From positions 1-56,657 of IMG/VR virus record IMGVR_UViG_3300006115_000011: a stretch of DNA of 56,657 nt. One strand, 5' to 3'. A program made the position numbers and the translations under genes. Shown in pieces: positions 39,232 through 49,007 of the stretch. The first letter of the stretch is position 1. Every line of letters begins with the position of its first letter. The notes beneath the pieces were generated by a model that was given only the letters and a program-made list of their open reading frames with translations, was not told where the DNA came from and made no database searches. Source of the stretch: a virus (taxonomy: Duplodnaviria > Caudoviricetes).

Positions 39232-39521
39232 TGGCCCTAGCACTTGTTTACGATCCAAGATATCACACGTTCGATTCATGGGCTTCTTTAATGTGCGAAG
39301 CTTATGGTGGCCAGCAATTAGAAATTCCACAAGGCGAAGCCACTTGGAAAAATTGGGCGGTAGGATTAAAGGGTATAGATTTATTTGTAAATGAAGCTAT
39401 TCCAAGTCCTTATATATATAATGATTGGCAAGAGTGGGCAGAAGCTGTCTACGGTATAGTCAATCAAAACACTTTACAAACTAATGCGAATGCGAACTTG
39501 AATAATGTTAGTGGACTCTAA
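39231..39521 (+). CDS. Hypothetical tail-region protein (96 aa)
   Basis: Stop/start overlap; Trp-rich. Confidence 0.65.
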   Translation: MALALVYDPRYHTFDSWASLMCEAYGGQQLEIPQGEATWKNWAVGLKGIDLFVNEAIPSPYIYNDWQEWAEAVYGIVNQNTLQTNANANLNNVSGL

Positions 39522-39954
39522 AAAACATAAACTTAATCCATTGCAAATTATCATTGCAGCTCATCATCAAAATCCACGTAGAACTTTAAAACAGTTTGTT
39601 GGCATGGTTGAGATTGAAATGAAAATGCCACAAGTATTTAAATGCCAAGAAGGCAATACTATTTTCTTAATTCACAGAACTGCTGTACCTGGCGTTGGTT
39701 ACTTAAAAACAGTTAATGCAGATACGCCTAGAAATTTTATAAAGAGTTGTCAAAAAATCGCAGAACTTGTTTACCATGCTGGTTTTGACAAACTCATTGC
39801 TCAAACAGATCAAAAGTCAATTGTAAATATATTTAAAAGAATTGTAGATCATCCAGTTAGACCTCACATGAAACTTATTTTACAAAAAACAAATATTGGA
39901 AGCCATCAATGCGTATTGCAACTAGGTCATTCTAGAACGAAAGGAAAGCAATAA
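39505..39954 (+). CDS. Hypothetical protein preceding the ejection proteins
   Basis: Positionally equivalent to T7 gp13-like genes; function inferred from position only. Confidence 0.55.
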   Translation: MLVDSKKHKLNPLQIIIAAHHQNPRRTLKQFVGMVEIEMKMPQVFKCQEGNTIFLIHRTAVPGVGYLKTVNADTPRNFIKSCQKIAELVYHAGFDKLIAQTDQKSIVNIFKRIVDHPVRPHMKLILQKTNIGSHQCVLQLGHSRTKGKQ

Positions 39955-41369
39955 TGCCAGGTTGTGTATTTTGTGCGATTGGTTGCGCAATTTGTTCGGC
40001 AGTTTCTTTTGTTGGAGATGCCGTTTCATCTATAGTATCAAATCCATTCGCTATCGTAACAGCAGTTCTTGCACCTGAATTGCTTGGTGCTACAGCTTTT
40101 GCTGATGCTACAGCCGCAGTTACTGGTGACGCATTATCAGCTGGAAGTATTCTTGGTGGAGATATGACTGGTGCTGGTATGTTAACAGCAGGTGCAGATA
40201 CTGCAATTGGCGGAGGAACACTTACAGGTATTGGCGGTATTGCAGCAGATTCAGCTGGTATCTTAGGTGGTAATGCTATTACTTCTGGATTGCCAGAGCT
40301 AGGTGGATCAAATTTATTGTCTTTACCAAGCGCTGAGCAAGCTGTATCAAATGCACAAACTGCACTACAAACAATGAGTGCTAATGTTACAGATAATTCA
40401 GTGTTATCAAATACAGTTAATACTGTTGCTGATGCTACAAACGGAAGCACAAGTGCAATACAACAAGCTCAAGATATGATTCAAAATGGAGCTTCTTCAT
40501 CTGATGCAATTCAAGCAACTACTGGCGCAACAGAAAATCCAATATCACAAATTACTAACGCAGCTAAAGATTTATCTAACACAGCTCAATCAATATCAAG
40601 CACTGCTAACGGAATATTGAATAATGTAAGTAGCACAATATTTCCTAACGTTGATCCGAAGATTGCAAACTTTCTTACTAAGACTTTAATGAATACTGCT
40701 TTAAATGGTGGAGATGTTGGAGCAGCTTTAAAATCAACTGGTATTGGTTATGTAGGTTGCGCAGTAGGTAATGCTGTTGCTGCTAACGCTCCTACGGACG
40801 GAACATTCGCACCTAATACTTTAGGAAGTGCTGCTAAAGGATTTACAACAGGATTGTTAACAACTGGAAATCCTACAACTGCTTTAGAAAGTGGATTGAT
40901 TAGTGGCGGTGGCACTGCAATAGGAAATACATTCAATTCACCGACATTTGGCAAGATAGCCGCAACTGGAGCAAAAGTTGCTACAGGTGTAGAAACACCA
41001 ACTCAAGGATTAACAAGCGGAGTTAATAGTTTACTTGGCACTGGTAGCATTCCTGCACCTTTAAATCCTGTAAACTCTATTTTAAATTCTGTGTTTGGAT
41101 CAAGTAACCCAAATGCTACAAACAGAGGTGCTTCATCCCCATTATCAAGCACAAATGTTGCTTCCGTAAACAGAACGCAAAGCAATATAAATCCAGCACA
41201 AGAAATGATTGCCGCGAACTATAGTCCATTAAGTGTTATAGATCCTTCCTATCAAGGTGGATTAACTATAAATCCAGCATCAAGCGCAATAAATAACAAT
41301 AATCAACTATCTTTAAACAACAATAATCCTTATAATATAAAAGGATTATCATCTTTACTTCTAGGATAA
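39954..41369 (+). CDS. Putative internal virion/ejection protein
   Basis: Gly/Ala-rich, low complexity, hydrophobic stretches; Cys-rich N-terminus. Confidence 0.6.
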   Translation: MPGCVFCAIGCAICSAVSFVGDAVSSIVSNPFAIVTAVLAPELLGATAFADATAAVTGDALSAGSILGGDMTGAGMLTAGADTAIGGGTLTGIGGIAADSAGILGGNAITSGLPELGGSNLLSLPSAEQAVSNAQTALQTMSANVTDNSVLSNTVNTVADATNGSTSAIQQAQDMIQNGASSSDAIQATTGATENPISQITNAAKDLSNTAQSISSTANGILNNVSSTIFPNVDPKIANFLTKTLMNTALNGGDVGAALKSTGIGYVGCAVGNAVAANAPTDGTFAPNTLGSAAKGFTTGLLTTGNPTTALESGLISGGGTAIGNTFNSPTFGKIAATGAKVATGVETPTQGLTSGVNSLLGTGSIPAPLNPVNSILNSVFGSSNPNATNRGASSPLSSTNVASVNRTQSNINPAQEMIAANYSPLSVIDPSYQGGLTINPASSAINNNNQLSLNNNNPYNIKGLSSLLLG

Positions 41370-41372
41370 ATC

Positions 41373-43319
41373 ATGGCATGTAACTCATCACCACTTTTTT
41401 GCTTAAACGCTATATTAAGTAATAGCGGCGTTCAAGGATCACTCGTTGGAGGATTGCTTGGCAGCTTATTAAGCGGAACAAATAAAAGCCCTATAAATCA
41501 AGGCGTTAATATGAATGAGTCTGGATGGATTAATCCAGAAACAACTAACTTTGGTATTGGATCACCAAGAGTAGTTAGTTATAGCTGCTATGGAACATCA
41601 CCTAATCAAACAAACGCATACACTGAAGTAAATAAAGGTTTAGGTGTAATGCCTGGAACTTATCCTAACTTAGCATCATTAAACACAAGTGCATTGCCTA
41701 ATATTGCAAACACACCATGCAAGCCACAATATAACCTAACAAATGTTGGTTCTATGAATACAATGGCTAACCCTACCTTTGGAACTCAATGTTCGTCTAT
41801 AGGACCTGGAACAGGTGCTTTATTAGGTGGTTTAGCTGGTGCGCTTTATGGTAAATCAACTGGCAATAGTTTATTTAATACTGGTAGTTTATTCGGTAGT
41901 GGAACGCCAGTTATTAATCCTAATAATAATCCTCAACAAAATAGTGCTCCAGATTATGGCAATACTCCTATTTGCCAACCAGCTGAATATAAAGTTAATG
42001 AATCATTAGGTAGAAATGTAGGTGGCATGAATGGACAAAATACTGTTATTCAAACAAACGCAGCTGGCCAATATGTAGATACTCAAACTGGAGAACAAGT
42101 AACACCAATCGGTAACAATGAATACGTAACATCTAACGGCAATATTGTTAATGATAGTGGCGTGCAACAAATGCCTAACTACGGTTCTTATATTGCAGGT
42201 AACAATTCAGGTTGTGGCTGTGGTTGCGGAGGTTATTGCGGTGGATATAAACGTGGTGGATTGATATACGCAAAAAATGGAGGACATATGGGTTCAGCAC
42301 TCATGGCAAGAAAAGGTGGCTTAGCTCATTTAGCTATAGGAGGTCAGCCTGATAACGATGGTGATGAAGCAAATGAAACTAATGAATCATGGCAAAACAA
42401 TAATTCATCAGCACAATTTCCATGGCAACATCAAAACGCAAATGTGCCTAATCCATCTAATAACTTTACTTATGGCCAACCAGTAAATCCTATGCATATA
42501 TTACATGGCCATGGAAATCAATTTCATAACAATGGTGTATGGACAGCCCCCACACAAAGTGCAAATCCTAATTTAAATCAAACAAACAACATGGCCGAAT
42601 CAGTTCAAAATAGAATGGGATTAAATCATTTAGCTGTTGGTGGACAACCAACTGCATGGCTACATCAGAATCAAGGTAACGGTGTAAATGCAAGTTCAGG
42701 TGCAATGGGCTTGAGCGGACTACCATATCAAAATAACTTTGGTGGATTGCAAGGTGAACCAGCAGGACCAGCAGGTGGCCCAAATATCTATCATCCTTTA
42801 CAAGGACGTTTTGAAGGCTTTGGACATCATATGCCATCCGATAATACAGGCATGATGAATAACCAAACAGAAGGTATGTCTGCAACATGTCACGCACCAA
42901 TTCCATATACAGGATCATTTACACCAGCTGTAAATTCTTCTTTTGAACCTCAAGCAGCATACGCTGATGGTGGTCATACACATCATACACACGGATTACA
43001 TCCAGAAAATATAGTCGATCACGTTCCTATTATGAATGGTCGACATGATTATCGTGGTGGTGCCGAAGTAAGAGGTGCAGGCACAGGCCAATCAGATGAC
43101 ATTCCTGCAATGCTTGCAGATGGTGAATATGTTATTGACGCAGAAACAGTTTCACACTTAGGTGACGGCTCAAATAAAGCTGGCGCTAAAGTATTAGATG
43201 GTATGAGAAAAGCTATTCGTGAACACAAACGTTCAGCTCCATTAAACTCAATACCTCCAAAAGCAAAAACACCTATAGCTTATATTAAGCAAGGTGAAAA
43301 AATGAAAGGTAAAAAATAA
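41373..43319 (+). CDS. Putative internal virion protein with xAxGG motifs and a C-terminal GxGxGxSDxIPAxLxDGEYV domain
   Basis: RGAGTGQSDDIPAMLADGEYVIDA; multiple xxGG motifs; Asn/Gly-rich. Confidence 0.7.
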   Translation: MACNSSPLFCLNAILSNSGVQGSLVGGLLGSLLSGTNKSPINQGVNMNESGWINPETTNFGIGSPRVVSYSCYGTSPNQTNAYTEVNKGLGVMPGTYPNLASLNTSALPNIANTPCKPQYNLTNVGSMNTMANPTFGTQCSSIGPGTGALLGGLAGALYGKSTGNSLFNTGSLFGSGTPVINPNNNPQQNSAPDYGNTPICQPAEYKVNESLGRNVGGMNGQNTVIQTNAAGQYVDTQTGEQVTPIGNNEYVTSNGNIVNDSGVQQMPNYGSYIAGNNSGCGCGCGGYCGGYKRGGLIYAKNGGHMGSALMARKGGLAHLAIGGQPDNDGDEANETNESWQNNNSSAQFPWQHQNANVPNPSNNFTYGQPVNPMHILHGHGNQFHNNGVWTAPTQSANPNLNQTNNMAESVQNRMGLNHLAVGGQPTAWLHQNQGNGVNASSGAMGLSGLPYQNNFGGLQGEPAGPAGGPNIYHPLQGRFEGFGHHMPSDNTGMMNNQTEGMSATCHAPIPYTGSFTPAVNSSFEPQAAYADGGHTHHTHGLHPENIVDHVPIMNGRHDYRGGAEVRGAGTGQSDDIPAMLADGEYVIDAETVSHLGDGSNKAGAKVLDGMRKAIREHKRSAPLNSIPPKAKTPIAYIKQGEKMKGKK

Positions 43320-44257
43320 TGGCCGCTACCCAAACAACTGGTAATCAAACATCTACCAATCCTAATACAAACAATGCTAATAACTATACTACAGCATCTG
43401 AAGGAAATTTATTTCAGGGATCAGCGTTACCAGCAACCGTAACGACAACTGAACAGCAACAAACTGCGCCTGATTTTTATACCAACTATTTACAAGACAT
43501 TGCTAATTTAGGTCAGAACGCTGTAACACAAGGTGGAGTTGCTGGCTTTAGTCCATTGCAACAACAAGCATTTCAAATGGCACCACAAGCTGCTTTTGCA
43601 GGCGCTAATAGTTTGAATGCAGCACAAAATGCATTAGGAACTATTGATGCAAATACGGCTGCTAACCTTGTTGGCAATTACATGAATCCATTTACTAAAG
43701 ATGTATTAAATGCTAATGAGTTACAATCTCAACAAAACATTCAACGTAATATTTTACCTGCGCTTGCATCAGCTGGAGTTGGCACTGGATCATTCGGATC
43801 ATCACGTATGGCCAATGCAACTGGACAATCTTTAGCAGATATACAATCACAACTTGGCGCACAAAATGCTAACCTATTAAATACTGGTTATAACCAATCT
43901 ATGCAAAATGCACAAACAGGTATTGGTGAACAACTTACAGCTGGACAACAACTTAATGCATTAGGCACAGAACAAAATGCTTTAGCACAAGCTGGCCTTA
44001 ATCAACTAAGTAACTTAGGCGGCCAACAACAAGCTTTCGGTCAAAAAGTATTATGTAACCCAATGGCTATGGCACAAAACTTTAGTAAGCTTATGGGCGG
44101 TTACAACATTCCAATGGGACAAGTTAATCAAGTTACTGCACCAGGTCAACAAGGTAACTTCTCTAATAGTCCGTTATCACAAATTGCAGGTCTTGGCACT
44201 CTGATTGCTGCTCTTTATGGTCAGCCTACAAGTCCAACAACTACAGCAGGTAAATAA
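43319..44257 (+). CDS. Putative DNA ejection protein
   Basis: Gln/Ala/Gly-rich; YMNPF and GSFGSSR motifs typical of podovirus ejection proteins. Confidence 0.7.
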   Translation: MAATQTTGNQTSTNPNTNNANNYTTASEGNLFQGSALPATVTTTEQQQTAPDFYTNYLQDIANLGQNAVTQGGVAGFSPLQQQAFQMAPQAAFAGANSLNAAQNALGTIDANTAANLVGNYMNPFTKDVLNANELQSQQNIQRNILPALASAGVGTGSFGSSRMANATGQSLADIQSQLGAQNANLLNTGYNQSMQNAQTGIGEQLTAGQQLNALGTEQNALAQAGLNQLSNLGGQQQAFGQKVLCNPMAMAQNFSKLMGGYNIPMGQVNQVTAPGQQGNFSNSPLSQIAGLGTLIAALYGQPTSPTTTAGK

Positions 44258-44266
44258 GGAAAAATT

Positions 44267-45898
44267 ATGGGAGCATTAAGTATGTTAGCTGGCTTATTGC
44301 CAGATGCTATTACTGGAGGTAATCAAACACCACCACCACCTCCACAAGATCAAACAACTCCACAAGTAGCAAGCCCAACTCCGCCTGTTGCTAAAGAAAA
44401 TGCAGAGCCTGCTGATTCATATAATACTGCGCTAGAAAATGTTAGAACGCAAAGCTTAAATCTGAACAAACAATTTCAAGACTTACAATCTTCATTAGAT
44501 AAAAGAGTTCAGCCGCCATTTAATCCAATGCTTATGCGTTTGGCTGCTGGTCTTTTAAAGCCAACAAAAACTGGTGCTTTTGGTGAGTCTATAGGCAATG
44601 CCGCAGATGAAGCTGCTAACGAAGCAGAAAGACAACGCCAACAAACTTTAGATACATCTAAACTTAAATTAGAATTAGGTCAAAAAGGTTTAGAGATGGC
44701 ACAAAGCCAAGCTGAACTTGAAAGACAATTAAAACTTCGTGACTTCCAAAAAACATTATTAGTTCCAGTAAAAGTTGCTGGAGCCGATGGTAAAGAAGTT
44801 ACTAAATATCAACTCAATTCTGATGCGTTACAAGGTGCTTTAAATTACAGTAACGATCCTAAGTTTATGTCTGATGTTGCAGACACCGTACAAAAATTAC
44901 GTAAGTCTGGCATGATCTATCAAGGCCAAGCTGAAGGTGCCACGCCATTCGATGCTTACTTGGCTGTTTTACCTAAAGACAATCCTTTGTATATAACAGC
45001 AGAAAATTTACAAAAGAGCTATCGAGACGGCACAATGGATCCAGAAAAAGCAGATCAACATGCACAATCATTTGGTATCGCAGTTAATTCATTCCTAGAT
45101 AAACGCAAAGAAGAAGATAACAGAGACTCACAAGATGCTAACGGTATTTGGAACTCTATGTCTGAAGATCAAAAACGTCTTGATTCAGAGCAATATTTAT
45201 TAACTGGTAAGATTAATGACTATGGCATGAAAACAGGTTTAGTTACTTCTAAACTTAAAAATTATGCACTTCAAGTTTTTGCTAGACAAAATGGATGGAC
45301 ACCTGAAGAAGTTGCTCAGAAGGTTGCAGAAAACAAAGGCAATCAACTTGCATTACAAAAACTTCTTACAAACATGGATCAAGTATCTTCATTTGAAAAA
45401 ACAGCTAACCTTAATGCTGATCAAGCTTTACAACAATCAGATAAGATTACACGTGGTAGCGTTAAAATGTTTAACAGATGGAAACTTGCTGGTCAAAATG
45501 AATTGGCTTCTGATCCAGACTTAGCAGCATTTAATGTGGCTAATGAAACGTTTGTTAATGAATACGCTAAAGTTATGTCAGGCGGCATTGGCAATACTCC
45601 AACAAGTGATGCTAAAGTTGCTGCTGCATTAAAAATGCTTCATACATCTATGAATGAAGATGAATATAAATCAGCTATCATGCAGATGAAAAAAGATATG
45701 GCTAATCGTATGCAAGGTTATCATGATCAAATTGGTGAAAATAGAGCAAGAACAACTGGATCAACTAGCACTACACAACAAACAAGCAATGAAACTTCTA
45801 TAGCAGCTCGTCCAGCTGGAGTTCCTGCGAATGCGCAATATAGCCCAAGCCAAAAATCTTGGTGGTGGCAAGAAAATGGCGCTTGGAAACATAGTTAA
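44267..45898 (+). CDS. Putative DNA ejection protein (543 aa)
   Basis: Helical; LAAGLLKPTKTGAFGESIG; at the end of the late operon. Confidence 0.65.
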   Translation: MGALSMLAGLLPDAITGGNQTPPPPPQDQTTPQVASPTPPVAKENAEPADSYNTALENVRTQSLNLNKQFQDLQSSLDKRVQPPFNPMLMRLAAGLLKPTKTGAFGESIGNAADEAANEAERQRQQTLDTSKLKLELGQKGLEMAQSQAELERQLKLRDFQKTLLVPVKVAGADGKEVTKYQLNSDALQGALNYSNDPKFMSDVADTVQKLRKSGMIYQGQAEGATPFDAYLAVLPKDNPLYITAENLQKSYRDGTMDPEKADQHAQSFGIAVNSFLDKRKEEDNRDSQDANGIWNSMSEDQKRLDSEQYLLTGKINDYGMKTGLVTSKLKNYALQVFARQNGWTPEEVAQKVAENKGNQLALQKLLTNMDQVSSFEKTANLNADQALQQSDKITRGSVKMFNRWKLAGQNELASDPDLAAFNVANETFVNEYAKVMSGGIGNTPTSDAKVAAALKMLHTSMNEDEYKSAIMQMKKDMANRMQGYHDQIGENRARTTGSTSTTQQTSNETSIAARPAGVPANAQYSPSQKSWWWQENGAWKHS

Positions 45899-47115
45899 TG
45901 GCTTCAGCACCTACAGATTTAATGACACCTCCGTCTGATTTAGTTTCAGCTAATCAGCCGCCTGCTGACTTATTATCACCTTCAAGTGATTTAATATCTC
46001 ATCCAGAAGCTAATCATAATCCTTTATCAGATATTCCAACGCCTGCAACGCCTGAAAGTTTATCTGCTTCAAAAGCTTATTACAATTCTACAGGTCGCAA
46101 AGCAAAAGAATTTGGAGAAGAAGCTTTGCATATGTTAGAAGGTGTTCCTATTATGGGCGCTGAAGCTCAGGTAGGCGAAGCTGCACTTCCTTATTTAATG
46201 AGTAAAGCACCAGCAATTGAAAAGGGTTTAAATGCAACTGGCAACGCTATTGCATCTGGCGCATCTAAAGTAGGTAGCGCTATAAAAGGTTTGCCGCTAA
46301 CAACTCAAGCTTTTCTTTCTAGATTTCCAAAAGAAGAACTTGCTAAGATGTATGAATATGCAAAGAGTGAAGCTAATCCGCTTGAGCAAGAATTTAAAAA
46401 TTGGTATGAACAAAAATTTACACCAGTTAATAGAGGTGATTATAACAACGCTATTGCTGAAGGTTTACCTCATGAATTAGCTGTGCAAGCTACACACCGA
46501 AGATCAGATTTGCCACAAGGTGTTTGGTACATGAAAAACTTATTTAATAATAATTACGTGCCAAGCAAAATGGGAGGATTAACTCTTGATGAATTTAATA
46601 AAGCACGTGAAACATTATTGGGTGACATATTGCCTAAAGAATTAAGCGAAGCTCAACGACTAGGCACAAAATATGCAAGCTATTTTCCGCACACAAGAGA
46701 AGCTTGGGAAAAACTTGCAGCTCATGGTTTAGGTTGGGAAGGTGCTACAAATTGGTTACTACATACTGGACTTGGTTTAAAAAGCGCTGGGATACCAGTT
46801 GCTTTGCAATCGCCGAGAGTTAATGCTGAGATATTAAGAACAGCTGGTAAGGCTTCTAAGTATGCCAATAAAGCTATTAATACATTAGGCAATTATGGAA
46901 GTAAAGTTGAAAATGCACTTGAACCAGTTACTAAACCTATAAATAGCGCTTTAGATGCATTATTAAATGCGACTCCAGTATCGGTGGCTGCACAACAAGC
47001 TGATCCTAACAATCCATACAATGTAGCTAATCATGCTAAAGGTGGCCCTATTACACCAGCGATACCTTTAACGCTTAGTCATCCTTACTACAGAAAACTA
47101 AACAGATCTAATTGA
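45898..47115 (+). CDS. Putative internal virion protein (405 aa), last late gene
   Basis: N-terminal PxDL repeats; HAKGG near the C-terminus. Confidence 0.6.
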   Translation: MASAPTDLMTPPSDLVSANQPPADLLSPSSDLISHPEANHNPLSDIPTPATPESLSASKAYYNSTGRKAKEFGEEALHMLEGVPIMGAEAQVGEAALPYLMSKAPAIEKGLNATGNAIASGASKVGSAIKGLPLTTQAFLSRFPKEELAKMYEYAKSEANPLEQEFKNWYEQKFTPVNRGDYNNAIAEGLPHELAVQATHRRSDLPQGVWYMKNLFNNNYVPSKMGGLTLDEFNKARETLLGDILPKELSEAQRLGTKYASYFPHTREAWEKLAAHGLGWEGATNWLLHTGLGLKSAGIPVALQSPRVNAEILRTAGKASKYANKAINTLGNYGSKVENALEPVTKPINSALDALLNATPVSVAAQQADPNNPYNVANHAKGGPITPAIPLTLSHPYYRKLNRSN

Positions 47116-47310
47116 CCAGTTTTTATAACTTTTGGATCCAAGCTTTGCTTTTGGCGGAAGTTTAATTAAACCTAAAGATTCAAGTTCAATAAGTTTATAA
47201 AGGCTAGTTGCAACGCCTTCTACAATTCCATTACGAGTAGCATGCGGATATTTTTCCATATGCTTATTCACCAAAGAAGCTATCTCTTCGTTCGTTCTTA
47301 TTGCGGCCAT
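47098..47310 (-). CDS. Hypothetical protein (possible small winged HTH)
   Basis: Likely start MAAIRT at 47310; last gene of the leftward operon. Confidence 0.55.
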   Translation of the reverse strand: MAAIRTNEEIASLVNKHMEKYPHATRNGIVEGVATSLYKLIELESLGLIKLPPKAKLGSKSYKNWSIRSV

Positions 47311-47311
47311 G

Positions 47312-47563
47312 TTAGTGAAGTGTATGTATTTCAAACTCAATTGGCATTGATGCTTGGTCAAGTAAGTCGTAATAATCCCTATCAGTACCAAAAGTGTGAT
47401 TAAAGTGCTGCAAGCGTGACAACATAACTGCGCTCACAGTGAGTGGAGTTTCGTTATTTTCTTCCATTTGCTCCAAAAGAAAATTGTCAATTTTACTTGC
47501 TAGTGTTATTAGTTCTTGGTCTGTCATATCATTATTATAGCTTTGTTTAGAATCTTTGGGCAT
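47312..47563 (-). CDS. Hypothetical protein
   Basis: Start at 47563 (GAGG SD) or 47527. Confidence 0.6.
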   Translation of the reverse strand: MPKDSKQSYNNDMTDQELITLASKIDNFLLEQMEENNETPLTVSAVMLSRLQHFNHTFGTDRDYYDLLDQASMPIEFEIHTLH

Positions 47564-47951
47564 ACTTCGTTTCCTCTTGGCGATAGAAAATAAGATGAGA
47601 ATATTGTGCCACAAAAGCAACTTTCCATGTTACTGGTTTATGTATTGACGTATCGTGGAAATTAGTGGCGCCTTTTGAATAATCAGGCAGTTGAGATTTG
47701 ATGACTTGATTTGCTAGCAGATAATACGGTCTTAATTCAACCGACCACGGCGATGGAGGTTCAATCTTAGCATACCAGCTAAACTGGTAAGGCTTCTTCA
47801 TCTCTATACATACGTTACGTGGATTATGGTTAGCGCGTCGCCACAAAACTTGGATAACACTTACCTGCGCTAGAATATCTTCTGATCTTGATTCCATGTA
47901 TGCTGTTTGGGCCATACAGGTTAAAGCTGTTGCTAATATTTGGTCTATCAT
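47547..47951 (-). CDS. Cell wall hydrolase (SleB/Hydrolase_2 family)
   Basis: CMAQTAYMESRSE, VC...YQFSW, GATNFH, HLIFY. Confidence 0.85.
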   Translation of the reverse strand: MIDQILATALTCMAQTAYMESRSEDILAQVSVIQVLWRRANHNPRNVCIEMKKPYQFSWYAKIEPPSPWSVELRPYYLLANQVIKSQLPDYSKGATNFHDTSIHKPVTWKVAFVAQYSHLIFYRQEETKYAQRF

Positions 47952-47984
47952 AACTACCTCCTTACCAAATGGTTTAGTCCCTTG

Positions 47985-48218
47985 CTATGCAGACTTGTTG
48001 AACTCCAATACTTTTGCTACTTCTTTATTCATGGACTTAACAATTTTTACACAGCGTTCATGCTCTTTGAGACGAATACGGTCAAAAAGATAATCTTCAA
48101 TTTTCTGCGCAAATTCCAATACATCTAAAGGCTCAGTGTCATCACTATAATAAAGACCTTTTGGATTATTATTTTTGCAATGAAAAAGCAACTGCTTAAT
48201 AGTTTTTTCGTCTAACAT
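47985..48218 (-). CDS. Hypothetical protein (77 aa)
   Basis: SD AAGGA; in the leftward operon. Confidence 0.65.
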   Translation of the reverse strand: MLDEKTIKQLLFHCKNNNPKGLYYSDDTEPLDVLEFAQKIEDYLFDRIRLKEHERCVKIVKSMNKEVAKVLEFNKSA

Positions 48219-48227
48219 ATTTTTTCC

Positions 48228-49007
48228 TTATTTGTATTTGTTCTTATGTTGCCAGAACTGTAGGAGGGCATAAAACATTTCCCATCCACGTTTGAGATCT
48301 TCTTCAGACCAATCTATGATGTGACAAAGGCCAGGCGTAGTGCGCGAAACAAATATATTCGCACATCTCGCTTCGGGTATACCTAGCCCAACACGATATG
48401 CAGCTAACTGCATCATATGCTCATCATAACCCTTTACATCAGAAATGTCACTAAAGTCCTTAGTTTTTATATCCACAACGATCCCTTGATTTTCTGGATA
48501 ATGTAAGTCACATTTACCAGCGAAACCTAATTCATGGCCGAAAGAACGTTCAGCAATCCATCCAATCCTTCCATAATGAGCTTCTAACGCACGAACGCAA
48601 CCTTGTGTATGCTCTTGATACTCATTTGATACTCGGCCCTCATAAAACGATTCTATAGCGGTATGAATAGCAGTACCTCTATCGGCAGCATCTTTACCTT
48701 GTTTTTTAGAGTCGGCAATAATACGATCAATGTATTGAGCTTCAGTTTCGGCAGCAAGCTTAGTTGAAGTAAGTGCAGCCATAAGAACTTGTGTTTGCAT
48801 CCAAGCCACTAAAGCTGGTTTTGCAGCAGCTCCAATAATTGTAGTTACGGAAGGTACAAGGTTAAGTTCGCGAGCGTCACGTAGTGTTGCATTGCGTTCT
48901 TTTCCATTCTTACCCACAACTGTATACGTTGGTATACCATCGCGCGTATACCAGTGATTTGATTCTGAAGCTCTTACTTTAGGTGTTTCGGATGCATACA
49001 AGCTCAT
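48228..49007 (-). CDS. PD-(D/E)XK exonuclease (RecE/Cas4-like recombination nuclease)
   Basis: PSVTTI, RGTAIH, E...AGKCD...VVDIKT, QLAAY. Confidence 0.88.
   Translation of the reverse strand: MSLYASETPKVRASESNHWYTRDGIPTYTVVGKNGKERNATLRDARELNLVPSVTTIIGAAAKPALVAWMQTQVLMAALTSTKLAAETEAQYIDRIIADSKKQGKDAADRGTAIHTAIESFYEGRVSNEYQEHTQGCVRALEAHYGRIGWIAERSFGHELGFAGKCDLHYPENQGIVVDIKTKDFSDISDVKGYDEHMMQLAAYRVGLGIPEARCANIFVSRTTPGLCHIIDWSEEDLKRGWEMFYALLQFWQHKNKYK

Noticed and set aside
39954-44257. Genetic-code reassignment of TGY to Asp
   Set aside because: TGY encodes canonical Cys ligands in the DUF1289, HNH and lipobox motifs of the same genome.
48228-49007. Cas4-like nuclease as evidence of CRISPR
   Set aside because: An ordinary phage recombination exonuclease next to the SSB gene; no array present.
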